DNA of 64,000 nt from Octopus vulgaris. Lineage: Eukaryota. A program made the position numbers and the translations under genes. Shown here one piece after another: positions 24,926 to 40,400 of this stretch (its first letter is position 1; every line of letters begins with the position of its first letter). The notes below the pieces were generated by a model, which was given only the letters and a program-made list of their open reading frames with translations, searched no databases and was not told the DNA's origin. The stretch covers positions 38,750,001-38,814,000 of the forward strand of contig OX597818.1 of the NCBI GenBank assembly GCA_951406725.2. Direction: 5' to 3'.

Positions 24926-25911
24926 CTGTTAAGAAAGGAAGAAAGAACTATTTACTAAGATCTTTTAATTTCTGCAATATTATAAGGACTTACATTAACT
25001 TTATTTGAGATGATAATCTGATTAAATTTGCATAACTATACTGTATATGCTCAAATACAAAGCATTGTCATTCAAAGTTAATTTTTTTCTATAGGTAACC
25101 AGTCATTTTTTAAATATCTATGTATAATTTTCTTATTTGCTGCATTCTCACTTTTAAGGAGGAGAGGTGGTACTCATAACCTTAGCAGGCCCTTCCAGAT
25201 CAGTGTAGCAAAATACCATCTTGTTCAGCTTGTTTGCCTATAGGGAAAATGTTTATACAGGGAGGGAATACCAGAGGGCTACTATTTGATAAAAAGGTTG
25301 GGTGAAGTGCTGTGTGGGGCTGTTGTCATTGTTTAATTTCAGGTCAATCTTGATTGGTCAGACTGCTGATAAAAGACACTCCAGTCACGACCACCCATCC
25401 ATTTAGTTGTATGTAGGACTACATTACCTATTGTTTCTTTCCTTTATTTAAGAAGGAAGAATATGGTTTGACAACAATTTAGCTGCTATTTATAGAAGGT
25501 TGAGCAACTGCCATCGGCACATTGTGTGGGCTAGAAGGCAGAGTCAAAAGTGGTTCTCAGACCGTATCATCATTCCATAAATTGTGTTTATAAGGAGGGC
25601 AGAATTTTCAAAAATTACAAATTTCAAAAATTCTTTTTTTTTTTTTTAACTGAAAAGCTTCAAGTGAATAGTGCAAAAACAAAAAATTGGACAAAATTAG
25701 TTTGGAAGTGGAGAAGGGAGGATTCATAAATGTTCAAATGTCTTTTGTCATAAAAAGCTTCCTTGCATCATCTGCAAGGGTGTGGTGAAAACAAAAATGA
25801 AAATCCCCTTCAAAATAAAGAAAAACCAGTTTATGTGAGTGTACTATTCCAAAAGTCTGTGAAAGCATCCTATCGTAAAAATTGCTTGGCAACCACAGGA
25901 TGCTCAGCTAG

Positions 25912-26549
<638 letters not shown>

Positions 26550-26792
26550 CGTGACCGACCAGGATATCAGATGTTGCTACACATCGCTGGTCACAATGCG
26601 ATTCACATTGTTTTAGCCTTCAAATGATGCTACCCCGTTGGCTAAGCGAGTAGGCCAATAGAAGAAAGAATGAGAGAAAGTTGTGGCGAAAGAGTACAGC
26701 AGGGATCGCCACCACCTCCTGTCGGAGCCTCGTGGAGCTTTAGGTGTTTTTGCTCAATAAACACTCACAACGCCCGGTCTGGGAATCGAAAC

Positions 26793-27025
26793 TTATTTCT
26801 TTACTACCCACAAGGGGCTAAACACAGAGAGGACAAACAAGGACAGACAAACAGATTAAGTCGATTATATCGACCCCAGTGCGTAACTGGTACTTATTTA
26901 ATCGACCCCGAAAGGATGAAAGGCAAAGTCGACCATGGCGGAATTTGAACTCACAACGTAGCGGCAGACGAAATACCGCAAAGCATTTCGCCCGGCGTGC
27001 TAACGCTTCTGCCAGCTCGCCGCCT
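26793..27025 (-). mobile_element. Family C SINE nested in a family D SINE
   Basis: TSD GGGAATCGAAAC at 26781 and 27026. Confidence 0.85.
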
Positions 27026-27622
27026 GGGAATCGAAACCGCGATCCTATGACCGCGAGTCCGTTGTCCAAACCACTAGGCCATTGCGCCTCTACATATAAA
27101 TATATATATTCATTTTTCTCAAGGATGTACCATTTCAGAGCCTTTCAGGGATAACTAGCACTCTATCGGCTATGATGACGAGGGTTCCAGTTAATCTGGT
27201 CAACAGAACAGCATGCTTGTGAAATCAATGTGCAAGTGCCCGAGCACTCCACAGATACACATACTCTTAATGTTGTTCTCAGGGACATTCAGTGTGACAA
27301 ACAAAGCTGGCCCTTTGAATTATAGGTACTGCTCAATTTTTGTTAGCTGAGTGGATTGGAGTAATGTGAAATAAAGTGTTTTACCCGAGGACACAATGTA
27401 CCACCAGTTTTTGAACTCACAACCTTATGATAATGAGCTGAACACCCTAACTACTAAGCAGCATGCTTTCACCCCTTTGGGGATAAACACATACATAACC
27501 ATATACACTCTCATTTATATAGATTATTTTAAGAGATTTTTATATTTACACACGCATTCATACACCACAGGGAAACACACTTATAAATATACAAAACTTT
27601 AAAAGGAAAAATTTTTTTAATA

Positions 27623-28134
27623 TTAGGTTGTCCAGAAAGTTTGTGCCGATTTATAGTAGCTTACATTTCGACTTATTTTAGAACATAGTTGAGTCCATAA
27701 AATAGGATTTGACTACACCTCCATTTAGAGCACAGTTTAAGCTATCTTTTCATGGAAGATAAGAAAGTTCATTTTTGGCACTTGATGCTTTGGGAACCAG
27801 ACAAAAATTGGTGCAGCTCGGCTGGGATGTGTTACCCCACCCTCCATATTCACTAGATATTGCTCCTTTGGATTTCCGCTTATTCAGGTCTCTGCAGAAT
27901 AGTTTTAATGGTAAAAATTTAATTCCTTGGATAACATAAAAAGATACTTTGATGAATTCTTTGCCATGAAACCACCTCAGTTCTGAGAAGAGGGTATTTT
28001 CAGGTTTAAGGAAAGATGGAGATGCACTGTGCAACAAAATGGTTCATATTTGGTTGATTAAAAAAGTAAAGGTAGGTATTTATTGACCTTTTTATCTCCT
28101 TTAAAAATCGGCATGAACTTTCTGGACAACCCAA
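27623..28134 (+). mobile_element. Internally deleted mariner element
   Basis: ~30-bp TIRs (TTAGGTTGTCCAGAAAGTT / AACTTTCTGGACAACCCAA), TA TSD, WDVLPHPPYSLDIAPLDFRLFRSLQN (YSPDLAP motif). Confidence 0.88.
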
Positions 28135-28187
28135 TATTATAGACTGTTATCACAAATGATTAAAAACTGCAAGTTATAAACATTTAC

Positions 28188-28253
28188 CTCAAATACAATA
28201 GGAAATGAATATTTTTTTTCTTTATCAATGATATTGTCCAATAGAAATTCTTT
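28188..28253 (-). CDS. PRKDC: DNA-PKcs exon
   Basis: ttttag|...GAG|gtaaat; KEFLLDNIIDKEKKYSFPIVFE vs human [22 protein letters not shown]; 66 nt. Confidence 0.9.
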
Positions 28254-29282
28254 CTAAAAAGAAAAAGAAAGAAAACAAGCATATTTTCATCAATATAAAT
28301 GGTTCAAGAGAAATTCTTAAATTCTATATAGGTTTAATGTTTTCCATAAAGAAAATTATAACTTTTATACTATTAATATTTTCAACATCACTTGGTGCCA
28401 TGGTTTGGATGGGTCTAGAATGCAAATCTTTCACATGAACTGATTATATTCACTTTATTTCATAAGATTATGGTGAATTTCTCTTTTAGAACAGGCTTCC
28501 TGCACCTTTATTAACTGCTACAACAAAGCAAGATGGTAGATTTGAGCTTTCTTTATCCTAGATCAGTTCGAATTATTAGGCAGGTATGTGAACATGGGAC
28601 AGGTGTTTTTCAGAGCACAGAGCTTTCTGCATTCAACATTGGCTTTATTAGCGAGCTGGTAGAACCATAAGCGCACTTGGCAAAATGTTTAATGATATCT
28701 CTTCTGTTTTTATGTTCTGAGTTCAAATGCCATCAAGGTTGACTTTAAAGGTAGTGAGTAGGCAGAATCATTAGCATGCCAGCCAAAATGCTTAGAGGCA
28801 TTCCTTCCGTCTTTATATTCTGGATGTCAGTGCAAATAAAACCACAAGTATGATCAACGCTTACTAGTCTAGAAATAGTTAATCTAAAAAATAATGATGA
28901 TTGCAATAAGTCTTTCTCTGCTGATGTGTGCTAGATGATAAATACTAAGAGAAGTAGCAAGACCCATCTAAACCATGCGAGTATGGAAAAAACAAATGTG
29001 TGATGAAGATGAAGGCAACAACAAGAAGAAAGTCATATAACTCGTGAAAAAATGCAAACTGAGCTGCTTAAACTTTCAACTCCTAACAACTCACAGAGAA
29101 GGTAAAATAACTAGGCATAGGAGTGGCTGTGTGGCAAGTAGCTTGCTTACCAACCACATGGCTCCGGGTTCAGTCCCACTGTGTCGCATCTTGGGCAAGT
29201 GTCTTCTACTATAGCCTCCGGTCGACCAAAGCCTTGTGAGTGAATTTGGTAGACAGAAACTGAAAGAAGCCCGTCGTATATA

Positions 29283-29477
29283 TGTCCGGGTTGCGGATCC
29301 GTGGAATAAGCTGCCGGACGAGATAGTGAAGATGCCGATGACCGCTCGGTTCAAAGTCTCTCTTGACCGGAAATGGCCTGAACTCTTTGTATGACTTGTA
29401 CATAACTCCCTGTCCCCCTACATGGGCCTTGCTTCTACTTTTGAGCCAATAAAAATTAAATTAAATTAAATTAAATA
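29283..29477 (+). mobile_element. CR1-like LINE 3' end inserted in a SINE
   Basis: VRVADPWNKLPDEIVKMPMTARFKVSLDRKW followed by an (AAATT)n tail; splits the SINE at 29115-29690. Confidence 0.7.
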
Positions 29478-29733
29478 AATGTGTGTGTTTGTGTATCTGT
29501 GTTTGTCCCCCCCAACATCGCTTGACAGCCGATGCTGGTGTGTTTACATCTCTGTAACTTAGTGGTTCGGCAAAAGAGACCGATAGAATAAGTACTCGGC
29601 TTACAAAGCATAAAACCTGGGGTCGATTTGCTCGACTAAAGGCGGTGCTCCAGCATGGCCACAGTCAAAAAGGAAAAGAGAGTAAAGAGTAATCTTTTAT
29701 TGGTATTAGCTATAGATAAATACTAATATTTAC

Positions 29734-29902
29734 TTTCTCTTCATTTTCAGCAAACAGAAAGACATTGTAAAACTTGAGATCCGTTTGAGTACAAGAAATG
29801 ATAGCTATAAGCAAGTTATAGGCTGCACAATGTACTTGTCGACGAAGTTCCAAAAATAAAGTTTCTCCGTGCACATCTTCTTTTTTTGTTTGATGAGCAA
29901 TC
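29734..29902 (-). CDS. PRKDC: DNA-PKcs exon (M-HEAT; first exon after the gap)
   Basis: tttcag|G ATT...AAA|gtaaat; IAHQTKKEDVHGETLFLELRRQVHCAAYNLLIAIISCTQTDLKFYNVFLFAENEEK carries the RR.YHCAAYN...LKFY..FLF motif of DNA-PKcs; 169 nt. Confidence 0.95.
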
Positions 29903-30816
29903 CTGAAAAATAGATTAATGATTATCAGCATATTATATATCAGCAAATAACAGTATTTGAAGCAATAGATGTATATCATAATAGTTGATTTCTGACTACC
30001 AAAAATTCAAGAAGAATCAGTGAAACACTCAATTTTTTTTTGCATGACTCAGATAATCAATTATATTACTATACTCCTAATACTTCCTTTCACTCTTGTA
30101 TCCCATAAAAGGATTTGAGCTCACTATTGCAAGCTATTCAACTCTTTAGCATACAGATCTGAGCGTGATCGTTACCAACATCGCTTTACTGGCACCTGTG
30201 CCGGTGGCATGTGTAAAAAGATTCGAGCGATGTCGTTGCCAGTACCGCCTGACTGGCCCCCGTGCCGGTGGCATGTAAAAAGCACCCACTACACTCTCGG
30301 AGTGGTTGGCGTTAGGAAGGGCATCCAGCTGTAGAAACTCTGCCAGATCAAGATTGGAGCCTGGTGCAGCCATCTGTTTCGCCAGCCCTCAGTCAAAATC
30401 GTCCAATCCATGTTAGCATGGAAAGCGGACGTTAAACGATGATGATCATCATCATTCTGTCAAATGTTTAATTATTCAAGAAGTCTTGAATTAGTCATGT
30501 TGTTGTTGTTGCTGCTGCTGCTCCTCCTCCTCCACCACCACCACCACCACATCAACAACAACAACAAAAGCAACATTCGAGTGTGGTCGTTGCCAGTGCC
30601 ACTGGACTGGCTCCCATGCAGGGTGCACATAAAAAATACCTTTTGAGCCTGGTCGTTGCCAGAACCACCTGACTGGCCCCCATGCAGGTGGTACGTAAAA
30701 GCACCCACACCACTCTTGGAGTGGTTGGCATTAGGAAAGGCATCCAGCTGTAGGAACTTTGTCTAATCAAATTGGAGTTGGTGCAGCCTCCTAGCTCGCT
30801 GGTCCTTAGTCAAACC

Positions 30817-31047
30817 TATTTCTTTACTACCACAAGGGGCTAAACACAGAAGGGACAAGCAAGGACAGACAAACGGATTAAGTTGATTACATCGACCCCA
30901 GTGCGTAACTGGTACTTAATTTATCAACCCCGAAAGGATGAAAGGCAAAGTCAACCTCGGTGGAATTTGAACTCACAACGTAACGGCAGCCGAAATACCG
31001 CAAAGCATTTCGCCCGACGTGCTAACGATTCTGCCAGCTCGCCGCCT
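30817..31047 (-). mobile_element. Family C SINE nested in a family A repeat
   Basis: TSD TAGTCAAACC. Confidence 0.85.
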
Positions 31048-31413
31048 TAGTCAAACCGTCCAACCCATGCCAACATGGAAAGCGGACGTTAAACAACGAT
31101 GATGATGATACATAGTGAAACTAATAGAAATGAAGCTATTGAAAGTAAAACCATATAAAAGTGAAACTATTATATATCACATTACAATAGAGATGTTATT
31201 GTTTCACTTTTGACATGTAATACTGAAACAGTCTAAGAAATTGCTCCAGGCTAGCATTAGGCAAGAAGTTGAAAATCTTTTTGGCCCATGACACTCCATG
31301 GACTGTAAGTAAGATATGTGAAAATTTGAATGAAATCAGTTAGGTAGTTATCGAGTTTTAGTGACGCACACATACACAAAGAAACAGACAGACACACACA
31401 CATTCTCACTTAT

Positions 31414-34400
31414 CGATCGATGTCCGCAGCAAGTTCTTTAAAAATTTATCTTAATATTTCCATTCGTTGTTACTACGTTTATTCATACATTGTTACGAAA
31501 ATTTAACCTTTTAAGGCTACTTTCAAGCCTTCGCCATAACTTGATTTATCTTTCTATCTCTCTCTCTACAAAATTTAACCTTAGGCGAGGCTACCTCAAG
31601 CCGTAATCCCATCTCTTCCCATCTCTTCCCATCTCTTCCCATCTTTCAGCCATCTTTCAGCCATTGGCGGTCTTTTTTCCTCCTCTTACCATTACGATTC
31701 TACAATTTAAATTCCCAATTCAACTAACTTACTTCTTAAATTTCAACTCCCGATCGATGTCCGCAGCAAGTTCTTTAAAAATTTATCTTAATATTTCCAT
31801 TCGTTGTTACTACGTTTATTCATACATTGTTACGAAAATTTAACCTTTTAAGGCTACTTTCAAGCCTTCGCCATAACTTGATTTATCTTTCTATCTCTCT
31901 CTCTACAAAATTTAACCTTAGGCGAGGCTACCTCAAGCCGTAATCCCATCTCTTCCCATCTCTTCCCATCTCTTCCCATCTTTCAGCCATCTTTCAGCCA
32001 TTGGCGGTCTTTTTTCCTCCTCTTACCATTACGATTCTACAATTTAAATTCCCAATTCAACTAACTTACTTCTTAAATTTCAACTCCCGATCGATGTCCG
32101 CAGCAAGTTCTTTAAAAATTTATCTTAATATTTCCATTCGTTGTTACTACGTTTATTCATACATTGTTACGAAAATTTAACCTTTTAAGGCTACTTTCAA
32201 GCCTTCGCCATAACTTGATTTATCTTTCTATCTCTCTCTCTACAAAATTTAACCTTAGGCGAGGCTACCTCAAGCCGTAATCCCATCTCTTCCCATCTCT
32301 TCCCATCTTTCAGCCATCTTTCAGCCATTGGCGGTCTTTTTTCCTCCTCTTACCATTACGATTCTACAATTTAAATTCCCAATTCAACTAACTTACTTCT
32401 TAAATTTCAACTCCCGATCGATGTCCGCAGCAAGTTCTTTAAAAATTTATCTTAATATTTCCATTCGTTGTTACTACGTTTATTCATACATTGTTACGAA
32501 AATTTAACCTTTTAAGGCTACTTTCAAGCCTTCGCCATAACTTGATTTATCTTTCTATCTCTCTCTCTACAAAATTTAACCTTAGGCGAGGCTACCTCAA
32601 GCCGTAATCCCATCTCTTCCCATCTCTTCCCATCTTTCAGCCATCTTTCAGCCATCTTTCAGCCATTGGCGGTCTTTTTTCCTCCTCTTACCATTACGAT
32701 TCTACAATTTAAATTCCCAATTCAACTAACTTACTTCTTAAATTTCAACTCCCGATCGATGTCCGCAGCAAGTTCTTTAAAAATTTATCTTAATATTTCC
32801 ATTCGTTGTTACTACGTTTATTCATACATTGTTACGAAAATTTAACCTTTTAAGGCTACTTTCAAGCCTTCGCCATAACTTGATTTATCTTTCTATCTCT
32901 CTCTCTACAAAATTTAACCTTAGGCGAGGCTACCTCAAGCCGTAATCCCATCTCTTCCCATCTCTTCCCATCTCTTCCCATCTTTCAGCCATCTTTCAGC
33001 CATTGGCGGTCTTTTTTTCCTCCTCTTACCATTACGATTCTACAATTTAAATTCCCAATTCAACTAACTTACTTCTTAAATTTCAACTCCCGATCGATGT
33101 CCGCAGCAAGTTCTTTAAAAATTTATCTTAATATTTCCATTCGTTGTTACTACGTTTATTCATACATTGTTACGAAAATTTAACCTTTTAAGGCTACTTT
33201 CAAGCCTTCGCCATAACTTGATTTATCTTTCTATCTCTCTCTCTACAAAATTTAACCTTAGGCGAGGCTACCTCAAGCCGTAATCCCATCTCTTCCCATC
33301 TCTTCCCATCTCTTCCCATCTTTCAGCCATCTTTCCAGCCATTGGCGGTCTTTTTTCCTCCTCTTACCATTACGATTCTACAATTTAAATTCCCAATTCA
33401 ACTAACTTACTTCTTAAATTTCAACTCCCGATCGATGTCCGCAGCAAGTTCTTTAAAAATTTATCTTAATATTTCCATTCGTTGTTACTACGTTTATTCA
33501 TACATTGTTACGAAAATTTAACCTTTTAAGGCTACTTTCAAGCCTTCGCCATAACTTGATTTATCTTTCTATCTCTCTCTCTACAAAATTTAACCTTAGG
33601 CGAGGCTACCTCAAGCCGTAATCCCATCTCTTCCCATCTCTTCCCATCTTTCAGCCATCTTTCAGCCATCTTTCAGCCATTGGCGGTCTTTTTTCCTCCT
33701 CTTACCATTACGATTCTACAATTTAAATTCCCAATTCAACTAACTTACTTCTTAAATTTCAACTCCCGATCGATGTCCGCAGCAAGTTCTTTAAAAATTT
33801 ATCTTAATATTTCCATTCGTTGTTACTACGTTTATTCATACATTGTTACGAAAATTTAACCTTTTAAGGCTACTTTCAAGCCTTCGCCATAACTTGATTT
33901 ATCTTTCTATCTCTCTCTCTACAAAATTTAACCTTAGGCGAGGCTACCTCAAGCCGTAATCCCATCTCTTCCTCTTCCATCTTCCCATCTTTCCCATCTT
34001 TCAGCCATCTTTCAGCCATTGGCGGTCTTTTTCCTCCTCTTACCATTACGATTCTACAATTTAAATTCCCAATTCAACTAACTTACTTCTTAAATTTCAA
34101 CTCCCGATCGATGTCCGCAGCAAGTTCTTTAAAAATTTATCTTAATATTTCCATTCGTTGTTACTACGTTTATTCATACATTGTTACGAAAATTTAACCT
34201 TTTAAGGCTACTTTCAAGCCTTCGCCATAACTTGATTTATCTTTCTATCTCTCTCTCTACAAAATTTAACCTTAGGCGAGGCTACCTCAAGCCGTAATCC
34301 CATCTCTTCCCATCTCTTCCCATCTCTTCTTTCAGCCATCTTTCAGCCAGTTGGCGGTCTTTTCCCTCCTCTTACCATTACGATTCTACAATTTAAATTC

Positions 34401-37400
34401 CCAATTCAACTAACTTACTTCTTAAATTTCAACTCCCGATCGATGTCCGCAGCAAGTTCTTTAAAAATTTATCTTAATATTTCCATTCGTTGTTACTACG
34501 TTTATTCATACATTGTTACGAAAATTTAACCTTTTAAGGCTACTTTCAAGCCTTCGCCATAACTTGATTTATCTTTCTATCTCTCTCTCTACAAAATTTA
34601 ACCTTAGGCGAGGCTACCTCAAGCCGTAATCCCATCTCTTCCCATCTCTTCCCATCTCTTCCCATCTTTCAGCCATCTTTCAGCCATCTTTCAGCCATTG
34701 GCGGTCTTTTTCCTCCTCTTACCATTACGATTCTACAATTTAAATTCCCAATTCAACTAACTTACTTCTTAAATTTCAACTCCCGATCGATGTCCGCAGC
34801 AAGTTCTTTAAAAATTTATCTTAATATTTCCATTCGTTGTTACTACGTTTATTCATACATTGTTACGAAAATTTAACCTTTTAAGGCTACTTTCAAGCCT
34901 TCGCCATAACTTGATTTATCTTTCTATCTCTCTCTCTACAAAATTTAACCTTAGGCGAGGCTACCTCAAGCCGTAATCCCATCTCTTCCCATCTCTTCCC
35001 ATCTCTTCCCATCTTTCAGCCATCTTTCCCCGCCATTGGCGGTCTTTTTCCTCCTCTTACCATTACGATTCTACAATTTAAATTCCCAATTCAACTAACT
35101 TACTTCTTAAATTTCAACTCCCGATCGATGTCCGCAGCAAGTTCTTTAAAAATTTATCTTAATATTTCCATTCGTTGTTACTACGTTTATTCATACATTG
35201 TTACGAAAATTTAACCTTTTAAGGCTACTTTCAAGCCTTCGCCATAACTTGATTTATCTTTCTATCTCTCTCTCTACAAAATTTAACCTTAGGCGAGGCT
35301 ACCTCAAGCCGTAATCCCATCTCTTCCCATCTCTTCCCATCTCTTCCCATCTTTCAGCCATCTTTCAGCCAGTGGCGGTCTTTTTTCCTCCTCTTACCAT
35401 TACGATTCTACAATTTAAATTCCCAATTCAACTAACTTACTTCTTAAATTTCAACTCCCGATCGATGTCCGCAGCAAGTTCTTTAAAAATTTATCTTAAT
35501 ATTTCCATTCGTTGTTACTACGTTTATTCATACATTGTTACGAAAATTTAACCTTTTAAGGCTACTTTCAAGCCTTCGCCATAACTTGATTTATCTTTCT
35601 ATCTCTCTCTCTACAAAATTTAACCTTAGGCGAGGCTACCTCAAGCCGTAATCCCATCTCTTCCCATCTCTTCCCATCTTTCAGCCATCTTTCAGCCATC
35701 TTTCAGCCATTGGCGGTCTTTTTTTCCTCCTCTTACCATTACGATTCTACAATTTAAATTCCCAATTCAACTAACTTACTTCTTAAATTTCAACTCCCGA
35801 TCGATGTCCGCAGCAAGTTCTTTAAAAATTTATCTTAATATTTCCATTCGTTGTTACTACGTTTATTCATACATTGTTACGAAAATTTAACCTTTTAAGG
35901 CTACTTTCAAGCCTTCGCCATAACTTGATTTATCTTTCTATCTCTCTCTCTACAAAATTTAACCTTAGGCGAGGCTACCTCAAGCCGTAATCCCATCTCT
36001 TCCCATCTCTTCCCATCTTTCAGCCATCTTTCAGCCATCTTTCAGCCATTGGCGGTCTTTTTTCCTCCTCTTACCATTACGATTCTACAATTTAAATTCC
36101 CAATTCAACTAACTTACTTCTTAAATTTCAACTCCCGATCGATGTCCGCAGCAAGTTCTTTAAAAATTTATCTTAATATTTCCATTCGTTGTTACTACGT
36201 TTATTCATACATTGTTACGAAAATTTAACCTTTTAAGGCTACTTTCAAGCCTTCGCCATAACTTGATTTATCTTTCTATCTCTCTCTCTACAAAATTTAA
36301 CCTTAGGCGAGGCTACCTCAAGCCGTAATCCCATCTCTTCCCATCTCTTCCCATCTCTTCCCATCTTTCAGCCATCTTTCAGCCATCTTTCAGCCATTGG
36401 CGGTCTTTTTTTCTCCTCTTACCATTACGATTCTACAATTTAAATTCCCAATTCAACTAACTTACTTCTTAAATTTCAACTCCCGATCGATGTCCGCAGC
36501 AAGTTCTTTAAAAATTTATCTTAATATTTCCATTCGTTGTTACTACGTTTATTCATACATTGTTACGAAAATTTAACCTTTTAAGGCTACTTTCAAGCCT
36601 TCGCCATAACTTGATTTATCTTTCTATCTCTCTCTCTACAAAATTTAACCTTAGGCGAGGCTACCTCAAGCCGTAATCCCATCTCTTCCCATCTCTTCCC
36701 ATCTCTTCCCATCTTTCAGCCATCTTTCAGCCATTGGCGGTCTTTTTTTCCTCCTCTTACCATTACGATTCTACAATTTAAATTCCCAATTCAACTAACT
36801 TACTTCTTAAATTTCAACTCCCGATCGATGTCCGCAGCAAGTTCTTTAAAAATTTATCTTAATATTTCCATTCGTTGTTACTACGTTTATTCATACATTG
36901 TTACGAAAATTTAACCTTTTAAGGCTACTTTCAAGCCTTCGCCATAACTTGATTTATCTTTCTATCTCTCTCTCTACAAAATTTAACCTTAGGCGAGGCT
37001 ACCTCAAGCCGTAATCCCATCTCTTCCCATCTCTTCCCATCTTTCCCATCTTTCAGCCATCTTTCAGCCATTGGCGGTCTTTTTTTCCTCCTCTTACCAT
37101 TACGATTCTACAATTTAAATTCCCAATTCAACTAACTTACTTCTTAAATTTCAACTCCCGATCGATGTCCGCAGCAAGTTCTTTAAAAATTTATCTTAAT
37201 ATTTCCATTCGTTGTTACTACGTTTATTCATACATTGTTACGAAAATTTAACCTTTTAAGGCTACTTTCAAGCCTTCGCCATAACTTGATTTATCTTTCT
37301 ATCTCTCTCTCTACAAAATTTAACCTTAGGCGAGGCTACCTCAAGCCGTAATCCCATCTCTTCCCATCTCTTCCCATCTTTCAGCCATCTTTCAGCCATC

Positions 37401-40400
37401 TTTCAGCCATGGCGGTCTTTTTTCCTCCTCTTACCATTACGATTCTACAATTTAAATTCCCAATTCAACTAACTTACTTCTTAAATTTCAACTCCCGATC
37501 GATGTCCGCAGCAAGTTCTTTAAAAATTTATCTTAATATTTCCATTCGTTGTTACTACGTTTATTCATACATTGTTACGAAAATTTAACCTTTTAAGGCT
37601 ACTTTCAAGCCTTCGCCATAACTTGATTTATCTTTCTATCTCTCTCTCTACAAAATTTAACCTTAGGCGAGGCTACCTCAAGCCGTAATCCCATCTCTTC
37701 CCATCTCTTCCCATCTCTTCCCATCTTTCAGCCATCTTTCAGCCATCTTTCAGCCATTGGCGGTCTTTTTTTCCTCCTCTTACCATTACGATTCTACAAT
37801 TTAAATTCCCAATTCAACTAACTTACTTCTTAAATTTCAACTCCCGATCGATGTCCGCAGCAAGTTCTTTAAAAATTTATCTTAATATTTCCATTCGTTG
37901 TTACTACGTTTATTCATACATTGTTACGAAAATTTAACCTTTTAAGGCTACTTTCAAGCCTTCGCCATAACTTGATTTATCTTTCTATCTCTCTCTCTAC
38001 AAAATTTAACCTTAGGCGAGGCTACCTCAAGCCGTAATCCCATCTCTTCCCATCTCTTCCCATCTCTTCAGCCATCTTTCAGCCATCTTTCAGCCATTGG
38101 CGGTCTTTTTTCCTCCTCTTACCATTACGATTCTACAATTTAAATTCCCAATTCAACTAACTTACTTCTTAAATTTCAACTCCCGATCGATGTCCGCAGC
38201 AAGTTCTTTAAAAATTTATCTTAATATTTCCATTCGTTGTTACTACGTTTATTCATACATTGTTACGAAAATTTAACCTTTTAAGGCTACTTTCAAGCCT
38301 TCGCCATAACTTGATTTATCTTTCTATCTCTCTCTCTACAAAATTTAACCTTAGGCGAGGCTACCTCAAGCCGTAATCCCATCTCTTCCCTCTTCCCATC
38401 TTTCATCTTTCAGCCATCTTTCAGCCATTGGCGGTCTTTTTTTCCTCCTCTTACCATTACGATTCTACAATTTAAATTCCCAATTCAACTAACTTACTTC
38501 TTAAATTTCAACTCCCGATCGATGTCCGCAGCAAGTTCTTTAAAAATTTATCTTAATATTTCCATTCGTTGTTACTACGTTTATTCATACATTGTTACGA
38601 AAATTTAACCTTTTAAGGCTACTTTCAAGCCTTCGCCATAACTTGATTTATCTTTCTATCTCTCTCTCTACAAAATTTAACCTTAGGCGAGGCTACCTCA
38701 AGCCGTAATCCCATCTCTTCCCATCTCTTCCCATCTCTTCCCATCTTTCAGCCATCTTTCAGCCATCTGGCGGTCTTTTTTTTCCTCCTCTTACCATTAC
38801 GATTCTACAATTTAAATTCCCAATTCAACTAACTTACTTCTTAAATTTCAACTCCCGATCGATGTCCGCAGCAAGTTCTTTAAAAATTTATCTTAATATT
38901 TCCATTCGTTGTTACTACGTTTATTCATACATTGTTACGAAAATTTAACCTTTTAAGGCTACTTTCAAGCCTTCGCCATAACTTGATTTATCTTTCTATC
39001 TCTCTCTCTACAAAATTTAACCTTAGGCGAGGCTACCTCAAGCCGTAATCCCATCTCTTCCCATCTCTTCCCATCTCTTCCCATCTTTCAGCCATCTTTC
39101 AGCCATCTTTCAGCCATGGCGGTCTTTTTTTCCTCCTCTTACCATTACGATTCTACAATTTAAATTCCCAATTCAACTAACTTACTTCTTAAATTTCAAC
39201 TCCCGATCGATGTCCGCAGCAAGTTCTTTAAAAATTTATCTTAATATTTCCATTCGTTGTTACTACGTTTATTCATACATTGTTACGAAAATTTAACCTT
39301 TTAAGGCTACTTTCAAGCCTTCGCCATAACTTGATTTATCTTTCTATCTCTCTCTCTACAAAATTTAACCTTAGGCGAGGCTACCTCAAGCCGTAATCCC
39401 ATCTCTTCCCATCTCTTCCCATCTTTCTTTCAGCCATCTTTCAGCCATCTTTCAGCCAGAAGTGGCGGTCTTTTTTCCTCCTCTTACCATTACGATTCTA
39501 CAATTTAAATTCCCAATTCAACTAACTTACTTCTTAAATTTCAACTCCCGATCGATGTCCGCAGCAAGTTCTTTAAAAATTTATCTTAATATTTCCATTC
39601 GTTGTTACTACGTTTATTCATACATTGTTACGAAAATTTAACCTTTTAAGGCTACTTTCAAGCCTTCGCCATAACTTGATTTATCTTTCTATCTCTCTCT
39701 CTACAAAATTTAACCTTAGGCGAGGCTACCTCAAGCCGTAATCCCATCTCTTCCCATCTCTTCCCATCTTTCAGCCATCTTTCAGCCATCTTTCAGCCAT
39801 TGGCGGTCTTTTTTCCTCCTCTTACCATTACGATTCTACAATTTAAATTCCCAATTCAACTAACTTACTTCTTAAATTTCAACTCCCGATCGATGTCCGC
39901 AGCAAGTTCTTTAAAAATTTATCTTAATATTTCCATTCGTTGTTACTACGTTTATTCATACATTGTTACGAAAATTTAACCTTTTAAGGCTACTTTCAAG
40001 CCTTCGCCATAACTTGATTTATCTTTCTATCTCTCTCTCTACAAAATTTAACCTTAGGCGAGGCTACCTCAAGCCGTAATCCCATCTCTTCCCATCTCTT
40101 CCCATCTTTCTTTCAGCCATCTTTCCGCCAGTGGCGGTCTTTTTTCCTCCTCTTACCATTACGATTCTACAATTTAAATTCCCAATTCAACTAACTTACT
40201 TCTTAAATTTCAACTCCCGATCGATGTCCGCAGCAAGTTCTTTAAAAATTTATCTTAATATTTCCATTCGTTGTTACTACGTTTATTCATACATTGTTAC
40301 GAAAATTTAACCTTTTAAGGCTACTTTCAAGCCTTCGCCATAACTTGATTTATCTTTCTATCTCTCTCTCTACAAAATTTAACCTTAGGCGAGGCTACCT

